From the NCBI GenBank assembly GCA_964016885.1, contig OZ024749.1, forward strand, positions 50,902,001 to 50,966,000: 64,000 bases of DNA, written 5' to 3'. The position numbers and the translations under genes were made by a program. The notes beneath the pieces are model-generated. The model saw only the letters and a list, made by a program, of their open reading frames with translations, ran no database searches and was not told the DNA's origin. The stretch comes from Eledone cirrhosa (Eukaryota). Below, piece by piece: positions 1 to 15,943 of the stretch (positions within the stretch are counted from its first letter, which is position 1; the number at the start of each line of letters is the position of its first letter).

Positions 1-957
1 ATTTGTAAGTTTGTTAGTCAAGGCTGATTAGAAAACGAGACACCGTACCTACCAGGAAGCTGTTGAAAAACTTGTCCTAATCCTTACATCTTATAAATTA
101 CCCTATGAGGACAAACAGACAATTTGAATCAGTTGTATCGATGGAAAGATGGCATATAATTCTCAACCAGAGGCACATTTTATAAATAACCTTCTCTATT
201 ATATACATACGATGAGGAAGATCATATGATTTCGACGTCAGCTGTCTAGTTAATAAACTAAGAAAAATCCAGCTGATCTAATGGATATTGTGAGTTATAT
301 AACACAGATGGCTGCAGAAATAAAACATTTCGTCTGACATCATTATAATTCCGAAGAATACCACGAAGTAACGAAAAATGTATAGGATATGAAGAGATAA
401 AAAAATAAATTTAATGAAAAAAAAAAAGAAATGTATAAAATAAAGCATCAACAAGCAAATATATCAACACATATAACAACTCATTTATTTTAGTCGGCTC
501 AAATCCGTAGACTTGTTTGAAGGAGAGACAGGGTCCGCAAACAATGCATTGAATAATATATTTAATAGTATAGAAGTTACAGCATAATGTTCAGAACAAT
601 ATGTTATCAGAAAATCTATTCATTATCGGAATATTATACCTGTATCTCTTGTTCAATGAAGGCTGTTTTAAATTGTATACGATTCCATAGAGAAAATGCC
701 AGCTGCCATGAAATGCAATTTGTAATCATGGCAGGTATGATTATATCAGTTTAGAGCTGAAAATAGAATTATAATTTCATTCATGGATAAATACAGAGAA
801 GATCCAATTAATTAACTACAAAGAGCAGTGACTATAACAGTGAGTGGCGAGTCACAAGAGAGATGATGAAGTAACTATTCAACAGTTAAAAAGACGAAAT
901 TCAGTGAGAGCTAATGATATGTTTAAAGTAACACCTTTAAAGTACATATGTACAAGT

Positions 958-1035
958 AATATTCAATACTAGTTTATTACATAATATTCAATACTAGTTT
1001 ATTACATAATATTCAATACTAGTTTATTACATAAT
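958..1035. repeat. 25-bp tandem repeat x3 (aatattcaatactagtttattacat)
   Basis: Three identical consecutive units are visible directly. Confidence 0.95.
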
Positions 1036-1459
1036 TAGACCTACACGAATATGTCAGTTTCTGTCGTTAAGCTTTCGCTAGAGAGCATTATTTATATGCA
1101 TATACATTACTAATTTAAGCTACTGATGAGGTACATACATATAGATTACTTATTTAATTTACTGAGGACGTATATTATGGGATAATATATTTAGCAGTAA
1201 ATCAACGACGAGTATTGGATTAAACATTTAATATAAACATGCTAATTTATCAAGAATTTGAGGATGAGAAAAGGAAACCACAGGTGGCAGATATAAGACA
1301 CACATGCACATACTGGGTTACATATCGACTGAAATCATACACATATTTAGCTTTGTTGGAGATAAAAACATTGATGATGTAGTGTGTTCCGTAAGTCGGG
1401 AGAATGACAATAAACTGAAGGATAACTGAGTAAAGGTCGTTTAATAGTTCTAGACTATT

Positions 1460-1590
1460 AAGATTAAATCTCGCCTTTCATTTATACGAGGTCGATAAAA
1501 TAAAGTACCAGTTACGCACTGAAGTTGATTTAATCGACTTTCCGCTCCTCTAAACATTCTGGACTTGTTCCTAAATCAGAAACAGTTATT
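1460..1590 (+). mobile_element. SINE group 1, degenerate 3' part
   Basis: Contains gcctttca...gaggtcgataaaataaagtaccag...taatcgact...cttgttcctaaatcagaaac, shared with the copies at 30396, 44786 and 54590. Confidence 0.75.
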
Positions 1591-3918
1591 TTACTCGGGT
1601 AACATTTTGGGAAACACCATTAAAATAAATCTAAACAGATTAGTTTAGTAAATTGTATAATTAATTCATCAATAGCGAATGTGTATTGGACTCCATCTGA
1701 TCGACCGTATGTTATCATGGGAGAGAATATTATTTATGATCAGTACAGAAGATAAAAACTATAGGAATTACATGGACATTGTATTAGTCAGTTGGCTTTT
1801 GTATAATCGCTATATATAACATCTAAACTAATATAGCGCATGATTTTACTTCAATAAAGTGATAAACATATTTAGAAATGATGTCATTTAGAAGAATGAT
1901 TGAGTGTATAGGCGCTTAGCGTTAAGGTAAAATTATCATTCTTGCTAGAATTAATACAGTCATCAAATCACGGTAACAATGATATTTGGAGAGATGTGTT
2001 CATTGAACGATGATTATTGAACAACGTCAATAATATATATGTGATATATTAACTCGACGGACTATCGGACTATAACATTTTATTAAATACTTTACTTTGG
2101 ATTTGTTACTCCATTATAGCGTAAAACGCCAATGGAGCAAAATAGCGTTCATTAACTTGTATCTATTAGAGAACTATTATGCTTTTAGATTTGGTTTTAT
2201 TACACCTTTCTATTGAAATAGTAAACCTTGGTAGTTTCCGCTAGTTATTCCTGCTCCATGAAATATATTCAATTATTTACAGGCGAAGCATTTATAATAA
2301 GCTCGAGGGTTTAATATGCATGATCTTTATATTTTGTGTCGTATGTTTTCGTTACAAGTCTGAAGTGAAATATATGTTTTGTCCCTTGATATGAAAACAT
2401 ATTCGCCACTAATATGAGGCCGTTAGTGGAAAACAAGGAAATGTTAAACCGATAAGTGGAACGTAGTCTAGCTCATATAAATAGGGACATAGAGGAAGTT
2501 CAATATACATATGCCTTGGCATTCATATAAAGTATATAAATATTCGACTCATAGCTAACTATTTTATATCCTATCAATGTTATATCCAAGAAAGAAACCT
2601 TCACATCTTTCAATTAACCATTTTCAGATGTTTAGTATAGGAATGCTTACTATACTTATATTTGAAAATATTAGCATATTCAATGGGGTACAATTCTTCT
2701 GATGTATATCGCTAGTTGGAAGCACAACGTTAGATAAAGTGAGATCATTATGAGTGTATATCATAAGGTCACCTGCGTTGTATGGTATCGTGTGCGTTTT
2801 AATATGGTATAGTTAGGAATGCCATATTTATCAGGTGTTAATGGAGCTGTCATCCTCAAAATATCCGGAGAAAGTACCAAGATAATTGCTAGCGTTGTTT
2901 GTACATTGCAATCTATTATACTCCTATTTTCTTGGCACTGGACACTGCAATAGTTATTTAGTTGTGGATTTCTTGTACATTTCATACAATATTATGTCGG
3001 CTGTTGCGGCTTATCTTTCCCCATGCATTCTGTTTTATATTTACGCTGTCGTAATAGTACACATGACAGACTACTACGGCAACACATATGTTTAGATCTT
3101 CGCCATTGTAAATTAGCGTCGAAATAACCTATTATGGCATTCCATCAAACATTTGTATATATATGAATCTAATTTTTAGAGGTATTATTCAATTAGTGTC
3201 ACATAGAATACATGCAGGAGCACAGCAAGAAAAATTGATGATACATGATTGTCATGTATCTGAAGTAAATGTAAGCAGGTACAAGAATAATATATGCAAC
3301 AGCCTCAAACATTTAAACATTCTATGATTACATAATTCCATATACTATTGCTTTGTAGATTTTACTTTTTGTAGAAAAATATTTCAAATATAAACCATGT
3401 GTCGGGCAGCGTATACTGTTAAAAAGAACAATTTCTCAGCATGTCCATGCAACTAACCTTCGATGATAGTGAGCCTGTATAAGGGAAGATTTACGAGGGT
3501 GACGGTATTAAGTACACGGATATTTTATTGGTCGGAAGATCAATTATATATCTATTTTTATAGTGTAATTACGTATGTATTATTATTCACTAATTAAACG
3601 ATGAAATTATCTTGTTATATCATACATTAATTGTAATTATATGACAGTGTATGTTACGTGGATATGATTATGCTCTTTCACGTTTATAGAATGATAGATA
3701 TGTCATAGCACGAATGCACGTAGGTGAATGTTAAAGAAACTGGGTAATGGATGGATTTATGTGCGCGTGCACACTCCATTTATACAACTAACACCTTGAA
3801 TTATCTCACATTAAGTATTTCCATTTAATATTAATTCCTAATCGCTGTTTTGGCTGGCAATATACTGAAATACATCATCCCGTATTAATATAACATGAAT
3901 ACAAACAAGGAGAAGAAC

Positions 3919-4057
3919 AGACACACACAACACACACCTATACACAGACACACACACACACACACACAAACGCACACACGCATACATACACACCTACACA
4001 CACACACGCACACACACACCCACCCATACACACACACACACACAGACACACACACAT

Positions 4058-4118
<61 letters not shown>
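3919..4118. repeat. Compound (CA)n-(TA)n microsatellite
   Basis: Seen directly. Confidence 0.95.
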
Positions 4119-4120
<2 letters not shown>

Positions 4121-4243
4121 GGACATGAGTTTTATTGTAGTACAATATAGCAATGCAGATATCGGATAAGAAGCACTCTACAGTTTGTAGGACTGGAGTA
4201 TACATAATATATAAGATCAAAAGATGGTTAAAAGAGTTCCATG

Positions 4244-4314
4244 TATTTTATTATGCGCATTTCAAAAACAAATATCATCATGCAATAATATTTGTGTTTT
4301 CGTCAGATAAAATA
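4244..4314 (-). ncRNA. Minimal type I hammerhead ribozyme, family A (CUGACGA core)
   Basis: Minus strand reads tattttat-CTGACGA-long stem II-GAAA-tgcgca-TA-ataaaata, with a perfect 8-bp stem I. Confidence 0.85.
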
Positions 4315-4442
4315 GGAAGACATGATATGAAGGTTAAAAAACACTTGTGAATAGTGCAGTTTTGAATCAACATATAAAACTGAATCAACATATAAAACTG
4401 CACTATTCACAAGTGTTTGTTAACCTTCATATCATGTCTTCC

Positions 4443-4513
4443 TATTTTATCTGATGAAAACACAAATATTATTGCATGATGACATTTGTTTTTGAAATGC
4501 GCATAATAAAATA
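4443..4513 (+). ncRNA. Minimal type I hammerhead ribozyme, family A (CUGAUGA core)
   Basis: tattttat-CTGATGA-aaacacaaat...atttgttttt-GAAA-tgcgca-TA-ataaaata. Confidence 0.85.
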
Positions 4514-5569
4514 CATGGAACTCTTTTAACCATCTTTTGATCTTATATATTATATATATATATATGAATAAATAATTTCAATTAAATATGAAGTATTATA
4601 AACCTTAATGTTTCTTCATAACGACAACTTGTACATCATGTTCATGTTATTCTGAGACAGGACGATCGATACCTGAATGCTTTACTTGAAACATTGCATT
4701 TACCTTTATTTGTGTATATATGTTGAAGCATCTCCCGATAGAATGCCGAAATCATTTATGGGTTAATTGCAAATTTATCGAGGCAAATTTCATATATCAA
4801 ATAATTTCATAGATTAATGGTCTTCCATTAATACCATATTTTCATGTTTTGGTATCTATGGTGATAGCACGACTCAATATACTTGTCTTAATGGTACGTA
4901 TGATATGTATTTGATAAAGTTGAATAGGTGAGTGATCTTGAGTATGCATTTCGGTCTGTTGTTGAGTCTGTAAATATATGACTAGTTACCTTTAATGTAT
5001 CTGAGACTAAGCAGATACATTTTAATCGCCAGATAGAACAGAATATTAGTATCACTGAATCGTTATACCATCATTATCTAACATTTTCCACTGATTTCAA
5101 CTGGAATACTTATATCACGTTGGCTGCAAAGTCTGCACTATTTTCTGCACTGAGGTCAACTGGAATACTTATATAAACTTGCTTCTTACATCTACTCTAT
5201 ATACATTTTCTTTGTTCTATCTATCGCACCAGAAAAAGAAAATCCACGGCTGTAAATCTGTTATAATTTTATATTTATAAATCTACAATTAGTCCTTGTT
5301 TTGCGATAATTGATAGGATCCAAGGAAGAATCGTCAACATTATTGATTTTTACTTACCATGTCTCATTCCATCACCATTATACTGTCGAAATGTTATGGC
5401 CCTTTTCTATATATATTTTCGTGGGAGTTGTATTTTCTGAAGAGTTTTCCGCATTTTAAGCCCCAGCTTTGGGCATATTCATTTATAGTTAAATTTGCTA
5501 AATAAAATCGTAAATTCAATTCTCAATTCTCTTCATTTACACATCTCACCCATCCCAAACATTTACATG

Positions 5570-5571
<2 letters not shown>

Positions 5572-5611
<40 letters not shown>

Positions 5612-5612
5612 C

Positions 5613-5708
<96 letters not shown>

Positions 5709-5821
5709 ATATATATACATATATATACATACTAATATATATATATACATATATATACATACTAATATGTATATATATATTATATATATATATATATATA
5801 CATATATATACATACATACTA

Positions 5822-5874
<53 letters not shown>

Positions 5875-5893
5875 TTATATATATATATATATA
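5572..5893. repeat. Interrupted (TA)n array at the 3' end of the adjacent RTE-derived element
   Basis: Seen directly; abuts the element 3' end at 5894. Confidence 0.9.
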
Positions 5894-6351
5894 TGGTGGC
5901 TGCCAACTCGTTTTCGAGTACGGCAACTACTTTATATCCATATAGGAGAACCCCTACAGATGCACTGAACGAGTGTGACCTTTTAGTCCAGCCAGCGACT
6001 TGAAAACTCTGGTACAAACACCACACTTGTGACAAATATTGACACATAGTGCTGGGGCCATGGTACCCTGTGACGACAAGTGCAGAGAGATCTCCAGATA
6101 TAAAGCAATGCCTGTGCCGTGAAGCTTTTATAGTGAGCAAAGGCACTGCACAAAGCCAGTCCCACTCTCTTAACCAAGATGATATTTACCAAAAAGAAGA
6201 ACAAGTCAACATCATTGGATACCATCAGAGTTGCAGGTGTTATATCAGAGTTTTCCTTCTCCTAGAATTCTCCCTTGACAAAGGCTAAGGGGTCATCTCT
6301 CCCGGTGATTTTGGATGGCCATTGACTCTTAAGAGCTCCTTTGCCCTTTGA

Positions 6352-6352
<1 letters not shown>
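5894..6352 (-). mobile_element. Internally deleted (bipartite) RTE-clade LINE derivative: 5' UTR piece joined to the ORF C-terminal C2H2 finger and 3' end
   Basis: Minus strand has the RTE-like 5' motif ctaggagaaggaaaactctg, then [25 protein letters not shown] (5954-6031), then the 3' hairpin actcg-aaaa-cgagt and a (TA)n tail. Homologous to 49449-49884. Confidence 0.7.
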
Positions 6353-6962
<610 letters not shown>

Positions 6963-7000
6963 ATTAAATAAATGTAAAACTATATTTATAAAATCATATT

Positions 7001-7066
7001 TATTTCATTATATATATTTCGGGGATATCATATTAACAATATGCTATGCCTTCATCAGACAAAATA
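7001..7066 (-). ncRNA. Minimal type I hammerhead ribozyme, family B, intact core
   Basis: tattttgt-CTGATGA-aggcatagcatatt gtt aatatgatatcccc-GAAA-tatata-TA-atgaaata. Stem I has two G-U pairs and the base of stem II is imperfect. Confidence 0.7.
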
Positions 7067-7160
7067 CAATATAAACAGTTTTATAGATAAATAGATTCGA
7101 CATACATGTGTATGTCGAATCTATTTATCTATTTATTTATCTATAAAACTGTTTATATTG

Positions 7161-7226
7161 TATTTTGTCTGATGAAGGCATAGCATATTGTTAATATGAT
7201 ATCCCCAAAATATATATAATGAAATA
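7161..7226 (+). ncRNA. Family B hammerhead with G12A (GAAA to AAAA), predicted inactive
   Basis: Identical to the minus copy except cccgaaa is cccaaaa. Confidence 0.6.
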
Positions 7227-7354
7227 AATATGGTTTTATAAATATAGTTTTCCATTTATTTAATATTGTAAATATACTCCAAATATTTGTCGAGTGCTTT
7301 TATATCAGTTATAAATATTTACTAGTTGTAACCCAACAATTTTAAATATAACTT

Positions 7355-7402
<48 letters not shown>

Positions 7403-8615
7403 AATACATGGAACTATTACCTTTGTTGACAAAGAGAATATGTTTTCTTTCCCGTTTCAAATGAAAGGTCGGTATTATATCGACTGTGTGCGAATTACTA
7501 TGCTATATTGCTCTGAAATATTTGCATAGGATTTGCATAGGGTTTGCGCAAGTTGTGGAGAAATGAAGCAACCGAGCTACATTGGATCTGCGATGTTAAT
7601 ATAAGATAAGAACAGAGCTTGACTTAACTGGGTGTATCGGAATACATATATATAGAAAATGAATCTATTTTGGGACGTCTGTAAATGTATTATTATAACA
7701 TTTCAACATTGGATAGTGTTTACATTTTAAGGAAAAGCAGAGGACCTGCGTGAAATTTCCCCTTAACCATGCAAAGGAAGAAGCGAGGGCTGACACAGTT
7801 TCAAAGAATCGAAATGGATACCGCAAAGAATATTGATCGAGTACCTAATAATTGCACCATTATAATACAGTGGATCATTAATATATTTGGCTACGAAAGA
7901 ATGAAAATTGTAACTGGTCGGATAATAACACAGTGCGGAGGAAGACTGAACACATATGAATACGACTTTTATCCACCGACATGACAAATTTGGCAATACC
8001 CCGACCGAGGGAAAATGTACACAAAATATTTAAATGCAAACAATTTTTTTTAGATATTCCGAAATATAAAACTTTATTTGTATTTAGAAAAAAAAACTTG
8101 TTACGCATACTTGCTTTAGACAAAACTATTTTGATGTAATCTTATGTAACTTATTCCCACAAACATAACGTAATTTCTCATATATTAGTCTGGAGAATGG
8201 ATGACATGAAGAAAGAAAATTGGAAGATGGTATGATTTGGAATTTTGCAACTTGGTTGTTGCAATAATATCTGCTGTTATATATGGGGCTGGAGATATTT
8301 TTCAGATTTACTAACATCATAGTTATATGTATAAACATGTTAGTAGTGTGTGTCTATTCAATGCAAATGTTTCATAATTGCGGATGTTGTCGGTGTTATA
8401 TATATCAAATTTAGTTGGAACCATATTTTTTCTTGTTGAGTGTTGTGTATTCTTTATTCTTTAGATAGACTATTTGACATAGTGGTGGAGACTAAATACT
8501 AATAATCATGTTGGTGTATTTGTGTGCCTTCAAATATAAACGTTCTTCTTTTAAGACTTGTTATGCTGTACTGGCATCATTTTTAGTTACGCTGCATTTA
8601 ATTTCAAATTTAAAT

Positions 8616-8699
8616 TTCTTCTTCTTCTTCTTCTTCTTCTTCTTCTTCTTCTTCTTCTTCTTCTTCTTCTTCTTCTTCTTCTTCTTCTTCTTCTTCTTT
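8616..8699. repeat. (CTT)n microsatellite
   Basis: Seen directly. Confidence 0.95.
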
Positions 8700-9961
8700 A
8701 TATTATTATTGTCAATATGTTTACTTACATAATTATTAATATTATCTTTAATATTAATTTACATGGTTGTCATCATCATCATTACCACCGTTGTTACACT
8801 TTGTTGTTTACCTTCCCTTTATTTGATTATGTCATGCCAAAATGAAATATATACGTACTATGACATTTTAGCTTATCGCTGAATATTCCCCCCACGGGTT
8901 TGGCATGTTAATGCAGATAATGTGAATGACTAAGTGTTGTACGCTGTTCGAAGATTTTGGCAGCATATTTACCATAAGCAGCTATCTTTCTGCTTCTGAA
9001 ATTAACGTTGACAGGTCTTGGACCTAAACGAGATAGTCAACACCTATGTTGTTATACATAAAATACAAATAAAACGTTGTTTCACACAAAGAATGAAAAA
9101 AAAAATGATAATGGAACATGAACATTTTGCTCAGCTATTAAATTTATTACCAGACATAACACTGTTTCATAATATTTTGTTGTTTTTTAAGAAACACTTT
9201 TTTTATTAGTTTGGCAAAGGACGATTTTCTGATGAGATTTACTAATAAAAATCACACTAACAATGACATTTTTATTTTTTATTTTTTTTTTTTTTATTAA
9301 TTCTTCTGTTCTGTTTTGAAATTAAATATGTTACTCCCCAGTGTCTGAGAGTTTAATAATCCGGAATATGTAGCAGACTACTACTATTTTTACATTATAA
9401 TTCCTACGTCATTCTGCTGAAACACAATATGCATTATTTTATTTCTAAACATCACTATACGCAGGAATATATAGTGAATTACTTCATTGTACAGCACAAC
9501 AAATTGAAATCCATTCATGCTTAAAATAACAGATGCAATAATTCCGCCGAATATGTAGTTCGACGATATATTCCATGGAATATATTACAGAAACAAAAAA
9601 GAAACAAAATTCCTTGAAAATTTATATTCTGAAAACTAATGCAACTAAATATAAAACTATTTACTGCAAAAGAAGTAGAATTCTACGGGCTGTCTTTCAG
9701 TAGAAACTGGTAAACGCCAAAACCAGTGATACATGGCATATTGCAACAATGGAAAAAGGAGTGTGTGTAGGTTTGAAAATGAGAATGTATCCTCATATTT
9801 TGAAATCGATATCAAGGTAATAAGGATAATAATGTTTCGGAAATATTTTGATAGCATGTTCGCTGTGTGTGTGCATATGCTCATACGCAGTACTACGTAC
9901 AGATAGGAGTAGGCTTATGATCATCATCAGCAGCATCATATTTTTGTATGTCTCCCACACG

Positions 9962-9997
<36 letters not shown>

Positions 9998-10111
9998 CAC
10001 ACATGTGTGTGTGTGTGTGTGTCTCTGTGTGTGTTATGTATGTGTGTGTGTGGGGGGGGGGCGTTAAAGTGCAAGTTAATTACGTCCATAGGTGGTATGC
10101 CGAATGAACAC

Positions 10112-10199
10112 ATATCTGAGGAGCTCCCTATTCCAGAGTCAGGATCGATTATTAATAGGTGGTTCCTCGAGCTGATCGACAGTGAAACATATGTAATAT
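10112..10199 (+). ncRNA. Candidate hammerhead, family F, with long irregular stem II
   Basis: atat-CTGAGGA-gctc cctatt...aatagg...gagc (plus 11 unpaired nt)-GAAA-catatg-TA-atat, followed by aataaa. Confidence 0.45.
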
Positions 10200-10251
10200 C
10201 TAATAAAATATGTATATGATGCAGCACTGATTGTTTCTGTTCCCTTGTATA

Positions 10252-10454
10252 TTAATAATAATAATAATAATAATAATTGTTTCTACTTTTGGCACAAGGC
10301 CACCAATTATACCAGTGCATTACTGATACTTTTTCGACCCCGTAAGGATGAAAGGCAAAGTTAACCTCGGCGGGATTTGCACTCAGTCCGTAAAGGGACG
10401 TACCTGTGCTACAAAGCATGGCATCCGACCCTCTACCCGTACTGCACATCCACC
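10252..10454 (-). mobile_element. SINE group 1 copy with (TTA)n tail
   Basis: Reverse complement matches the copies at 30396 and 44786 along most of their length. Confidence 0.9.
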
Positions 10455-10467
10455 AAATAATAATAAT

Positions 10468-10906
<439 letters not shown>

Positions 10907-12010
10907 ATATGTGCGTGCTGTAGTGATCAAAAACATGGGATTTATAAATGAGTAATAACCATCGTGTGGCGTGTATACGCGTGTGACAGTGAAGAATGTG
11001 TTTGTGTGCTTGCGTGATGGCTCCGACTCCGGGGGGGAAAGTTATATTTGTTGTTGGATAACCAATTGCATAAAATTGTTGAGACCCTTGTGTGTCTGTT
11101 GGAAGATTTTAGTGCTATATGTGTTCCGACGTGTCTATATATGCATATATGCTTCTATGTGTGTTTATTCGTGCTGTCTTGATTGTAAACTATTATATTG
11201 TAGGGGTGTATATTGTATACGCTTTACAACTGTATGATTTACTATTTTAAATGAAACAAGTACATATGATCTATTAATATTTCTTCTCACTTGTTGGCTA
11301 TTGCTTAGTAGTCAAGAGTATTTTGTTCCTCTCAGAAATTCTTCGAAATATAAATTAAAAATAAACAAAACAATATATTTCCAAGCCAGCTCTTCATATA
11401 AACAGCAATAACATCTATGTATGAATCTTAATGGCAAAGGGGATTAACAGAAGTGTAATCATTGGATGCAACATTGACCTTATCATCCCTATAGTGTAAG
11501 ATATCTTTCAAAACGATCTTAGTTGTTGTCTAAGAAAATAAATCTATACCATTATATTTGTTCAGTTTAAGACTTTCTGGCACCAGTATGGAAATGTAAT
11601 TGGTCTACCAGTAAGGAAATGTAATTGGTCAGTTAGCACATCTACTGATGGAATCATTACTATTTCCATGCTGCAAAATTTGACGAGTTTAATTTCACTG
11701 ATTTAAAACATTACAGATTAGGGGCGAAGTTCAAACTATATATTTTGACATGTTTTAATACTTAAATTTCAGAAGATGCAGCAGATGATAAAGATATTAT
11801 AAATTTATCTTAATACTAGATATGGTTCTGTTGTTGGTTGTTCGAATATTGCCAGATAAGATGTGTACAAAATCAATAATAAATTTACATGAAAATGTGG
11901 TGTAATTTTATTCAGCAACCGGAAATTATAAGAATGCTGAATACTTATTCTTACCTTTCCTTTATAGGTTGGTTATGAGTCTTATATCAAGAAACATGTA
12001 CGTTCAAGTT

Positions 12011-13435
<1,425 letters not shown>

Positions 13436-13776
13436 TGTGCATATATGTGTATTTGAATGAGAGTGCGTGACTAAGAGTCTCTTTGATACCCAACAAAATT
13501 AATACATAAATATATATCAGTAAGAAAATTAAGTAATATTTAAACAAAATTGATCATATTGACTACATTTTCTTTCATTAATAATTGATAGTATTCTGGC
13601 CAATCGGATCCTATAGGAAATGTTTAATGAGTTTCTTATACGATTCTGAAGCCAATAATGAAATCATTTAGCGTCAGCTACGACATATTGGTACCGTGTG
13701 TAATTAATAACTGCATACACATAGACTCGAATTCACATACACGTGCAAACATATATGTAGACACCAACAGACACAC

Positions 13777-13826
<50 letters not shown>

Positions 13827-13850
13827 TTATATATATATATATATATATAT

Positions 13851-13889
<39 letters not shown>

Positions 13890-14129
13890 CATAGTACCCG
13901 TCAAAAATAAATGAATTCATATTCAATATCATTTACTTTAATAATTCCATGATTACAACAGACCGAAACGAAACTCAGATTTTCCTTTCCCTTTCTTTTT
14001 CCCCATTACAATCTACGTTATATGTTATCTTAGAATTATCTAAATCCACGGCAATGTTTTCTTTTCCAATGAGCATACATATATAGGGTAAATCACGATG
14101 GTTTTATACAGCTATCTGACTATATAAGA

Positions 14130-14187
<58 letters not shown>

Positions 14188-14241
14188 TTGCACCTATATA
14201 TAAATATATGTATATATCATGCTGTTATTGCCATTTATATT

Positions 14242-14282
<41 letters not shown>

Positions 14283-14287
<5 letters not shown>

Positions 14288-14420
14288 AAAAAAGATGATA
14301 TCAAAAATGCAACTGAAGTATATTTTTATAAAAAAATATATATTTACTTGGGTCCTTTACCGGTTTCGCAGTTCTTCTGTTTTTCAAAAGTCGAATTGAG
14401 ATGGAGGGTTACAGGTTTTT
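14283..14420 (-). mobile_element. Family C solo copy with variant hammerhead (about 14353-14392)
   Basis: Homologous to 19942-20190. Minus strand reads ctt-TTGAAAA-acag aagaa ctgc-GAAA-ccgg-TA-aag; it ends in (TA)n. Confidence 0.8.
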
Positions 14421-14478
14421 CACACACACACACACATCCCCCCCCCCTCCCCCCACACACGCAGATAATATATATATA

Positions 14479-14739
14479 TGTTATACTTGGCGAGGGTCAT
14501 ATTGTTGTAATAATATTGTCAGAATTAATAGCAGAACACACTCACTGTTTGGTTGGTTTTCGCTTCTGCATCTTTTATATCATTTAATTCATTCGGTCCT
14601 CAATGGTTACCAACGGTCAAACATACAGATATAATATAGATATAAACACAGGTATAATATAGTCTAAGAAAGTTCTTTCGTTGCACATCTGCAATATTAT
14701 TTATGTTCCTCCTGTTGTATTGTATATCTACGCCATCTT
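14479..14739 (-). mobile_element. Diverged relative of the family E pseudo-LTR
   Basis: Shares both termini (tgttatactt..gagggtcat and ctacgccatct), the ggttggtt block, similar length and the 3' half of the hammerhead (ttgca gatg tgcaac-GAAA-gaac-TT). CUGANGA has decayed. TA repeats lie on both sides. Confidence 0.6.
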
Positions 14740-14762
14740 TATATATATATATATATATATGA

Positions 14763-14978
14763 AGGCGCATGGCTGAGTGGTTAGATGATTGAATTCGCAA
14801 TCCTGAGGTTGTGATTTCGATTCCCGGACCGGACGATTCGTTATGTCCTTGAGCAAGACAGTTTATTTCATGTTGCTCGTTCTACCTGGAGTTGCGACCG
14901 ATAGGTTGTAGTAGTAATTGGAAAGACCAATGTAAACATTGTTTCCTCTCTCCAATTTGACGAAAGTCGATCGACTGA
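14763..14978 (+). mobile_element. tRNA-derived SINE group 2 (CORE-like body)
   Basis: A box tggctgagtgg, B box gatttcgattcc, then tgtccttgagcaagaca. Confidence 0.85.
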
Positions 14979-14992
14979 CACACACACACACG

Positions 14993-15024
<32 letters not shown>

Positions 15025-15706
15025 CAAATATATATATATATATATACACACAGAAATATAGATAGATACAGAGAGAGAGAGAGATTAAAAAATCCTAATT
15101 ATATAGAATCGCCAATGATAGAGACACGCAGAAAAGGGGATAGTTAGGTTTATGAATAGAAACCTGTTGTGTCTACATGTACAGGTTTGTCAACTTCATA
15201 ATATAAAGAATTGAAGCAATTCTATTTCCAGTACACTCGTCGGCGTAGTAAGCCATGCATAAAACTAATATCACACCAAAACAAATTAAAATGCTTCTCA
15301 CAGCTTCAATAAAGAAGGGTAAAATTGAATTGACTAGAATGATGAAATTGTTTTAACAGCAACAATAAGATTAATTCTATTAATGACAAAAAATAAAATA
15401 TTGATAATAAAGTCATTTACCATTATTCATTTATATTCTCATACAAATTCGTAATTAATATGTCTACGCTTACGTTTTCTTCATCTTTATTTAGTATACA
15501 GGAGATGTTATCTTATTATCTCTATACAAACCCATCCATTCCTCTATACATCAATGCATATTCAGGTCAATGTAAACATATATTCATATGCTTTCTTGTG
15601 TGCAGATGCACATACACACGCACACACACACATACACATACACACAGACACACACACACACACACACACAAACAGACACACATGTATATATGTATCTATA
15701 TGCATC

Positions 15707-15774
<68 letters not shown>

Positions 15775-15880
15775 TCCATATATATATATATATACGTAGG
15801 TCCCGGGTTGAGTCGGGGATAACCACAGTAAGTAAGGTACTCAATGCATGGCAGAGTAAAAATGTTTTATTTTATAGAAG

Positions 15881-15933
15881 GAGCTTCTACAGGACTAGTA
15901 CTGTTTCATTCAGATGAAATCTTCAGGAAGCTC
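15881..15933 (-). ncRNA. Type I hammerhead ribozyme, family D
   Basis: gagcttc-CTGAAGA-tttcatctgaat-GAAA-cag tactagtc ctg-TA-gaagctc; 7-bp stem I, 3-bp stem III, GUA cleavage site. Confidence 0.8.
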
Positions 15934-15943
15934 TTCAGGAAGC

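Larger units (their letters stand above)
4120..4553. mobile_element. PLE family A inverted pseudo-LTR pair; arms about 4204-4363 and 4394-4553, with a one-sided extension at 4120-4203
   Basis: Near-perfect inverted repeat of about 160 bp between TA-rich tracts. The same sequence ends the GIY-YIG element at 63490-63662. Confidence 0.85.

Noticed and set aside
205-260. atgagga-agatcatatgattt-cgacgtc hammerhead-like relic
   Set aside because: GAAA and C3 are missing and there is no stem I.
958-1035. CRISPR-like array (also 38723-38790)
   Set aside because: Head-to-tail repeats with no spacers, in a eukaryotic context without cas genes.
1120-1170. ctgatgag and ctgagga cores
   Set aside because: No downstream stem II or GAAA.
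5954-6031. C2H2 zinc finger as an exon of a host zinc-finger gene
   Set aside because: It is a single finger with no TGEKP linker, followed by a stop, an RTE-like 3' hairpin and a TA tail, so it fits a LINE C-terminus better.
7769-7984. ORF ending IITQCGGRL, faintly like a Tc1/mariner transposase C-terminus
   Set aside because: No DDE or WPxxSPDL motif and no terminal repeats were found.
11225-11270. ctgtatga...gaaacaagta, and similar partial motifs near 35146, 38990, 43385, 50260, 55500, 58503 and 59955
   Set aside because: Each lacks at least two required elements. They may be decayed relics but cannot be told from chance in AT-rich DNA.
14763-14830. tRNA genes at 14763, 24779 and 53272
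   Set aside because: A and B boxes are present, but there is no full cloverleaf and they run into SINE bodies.
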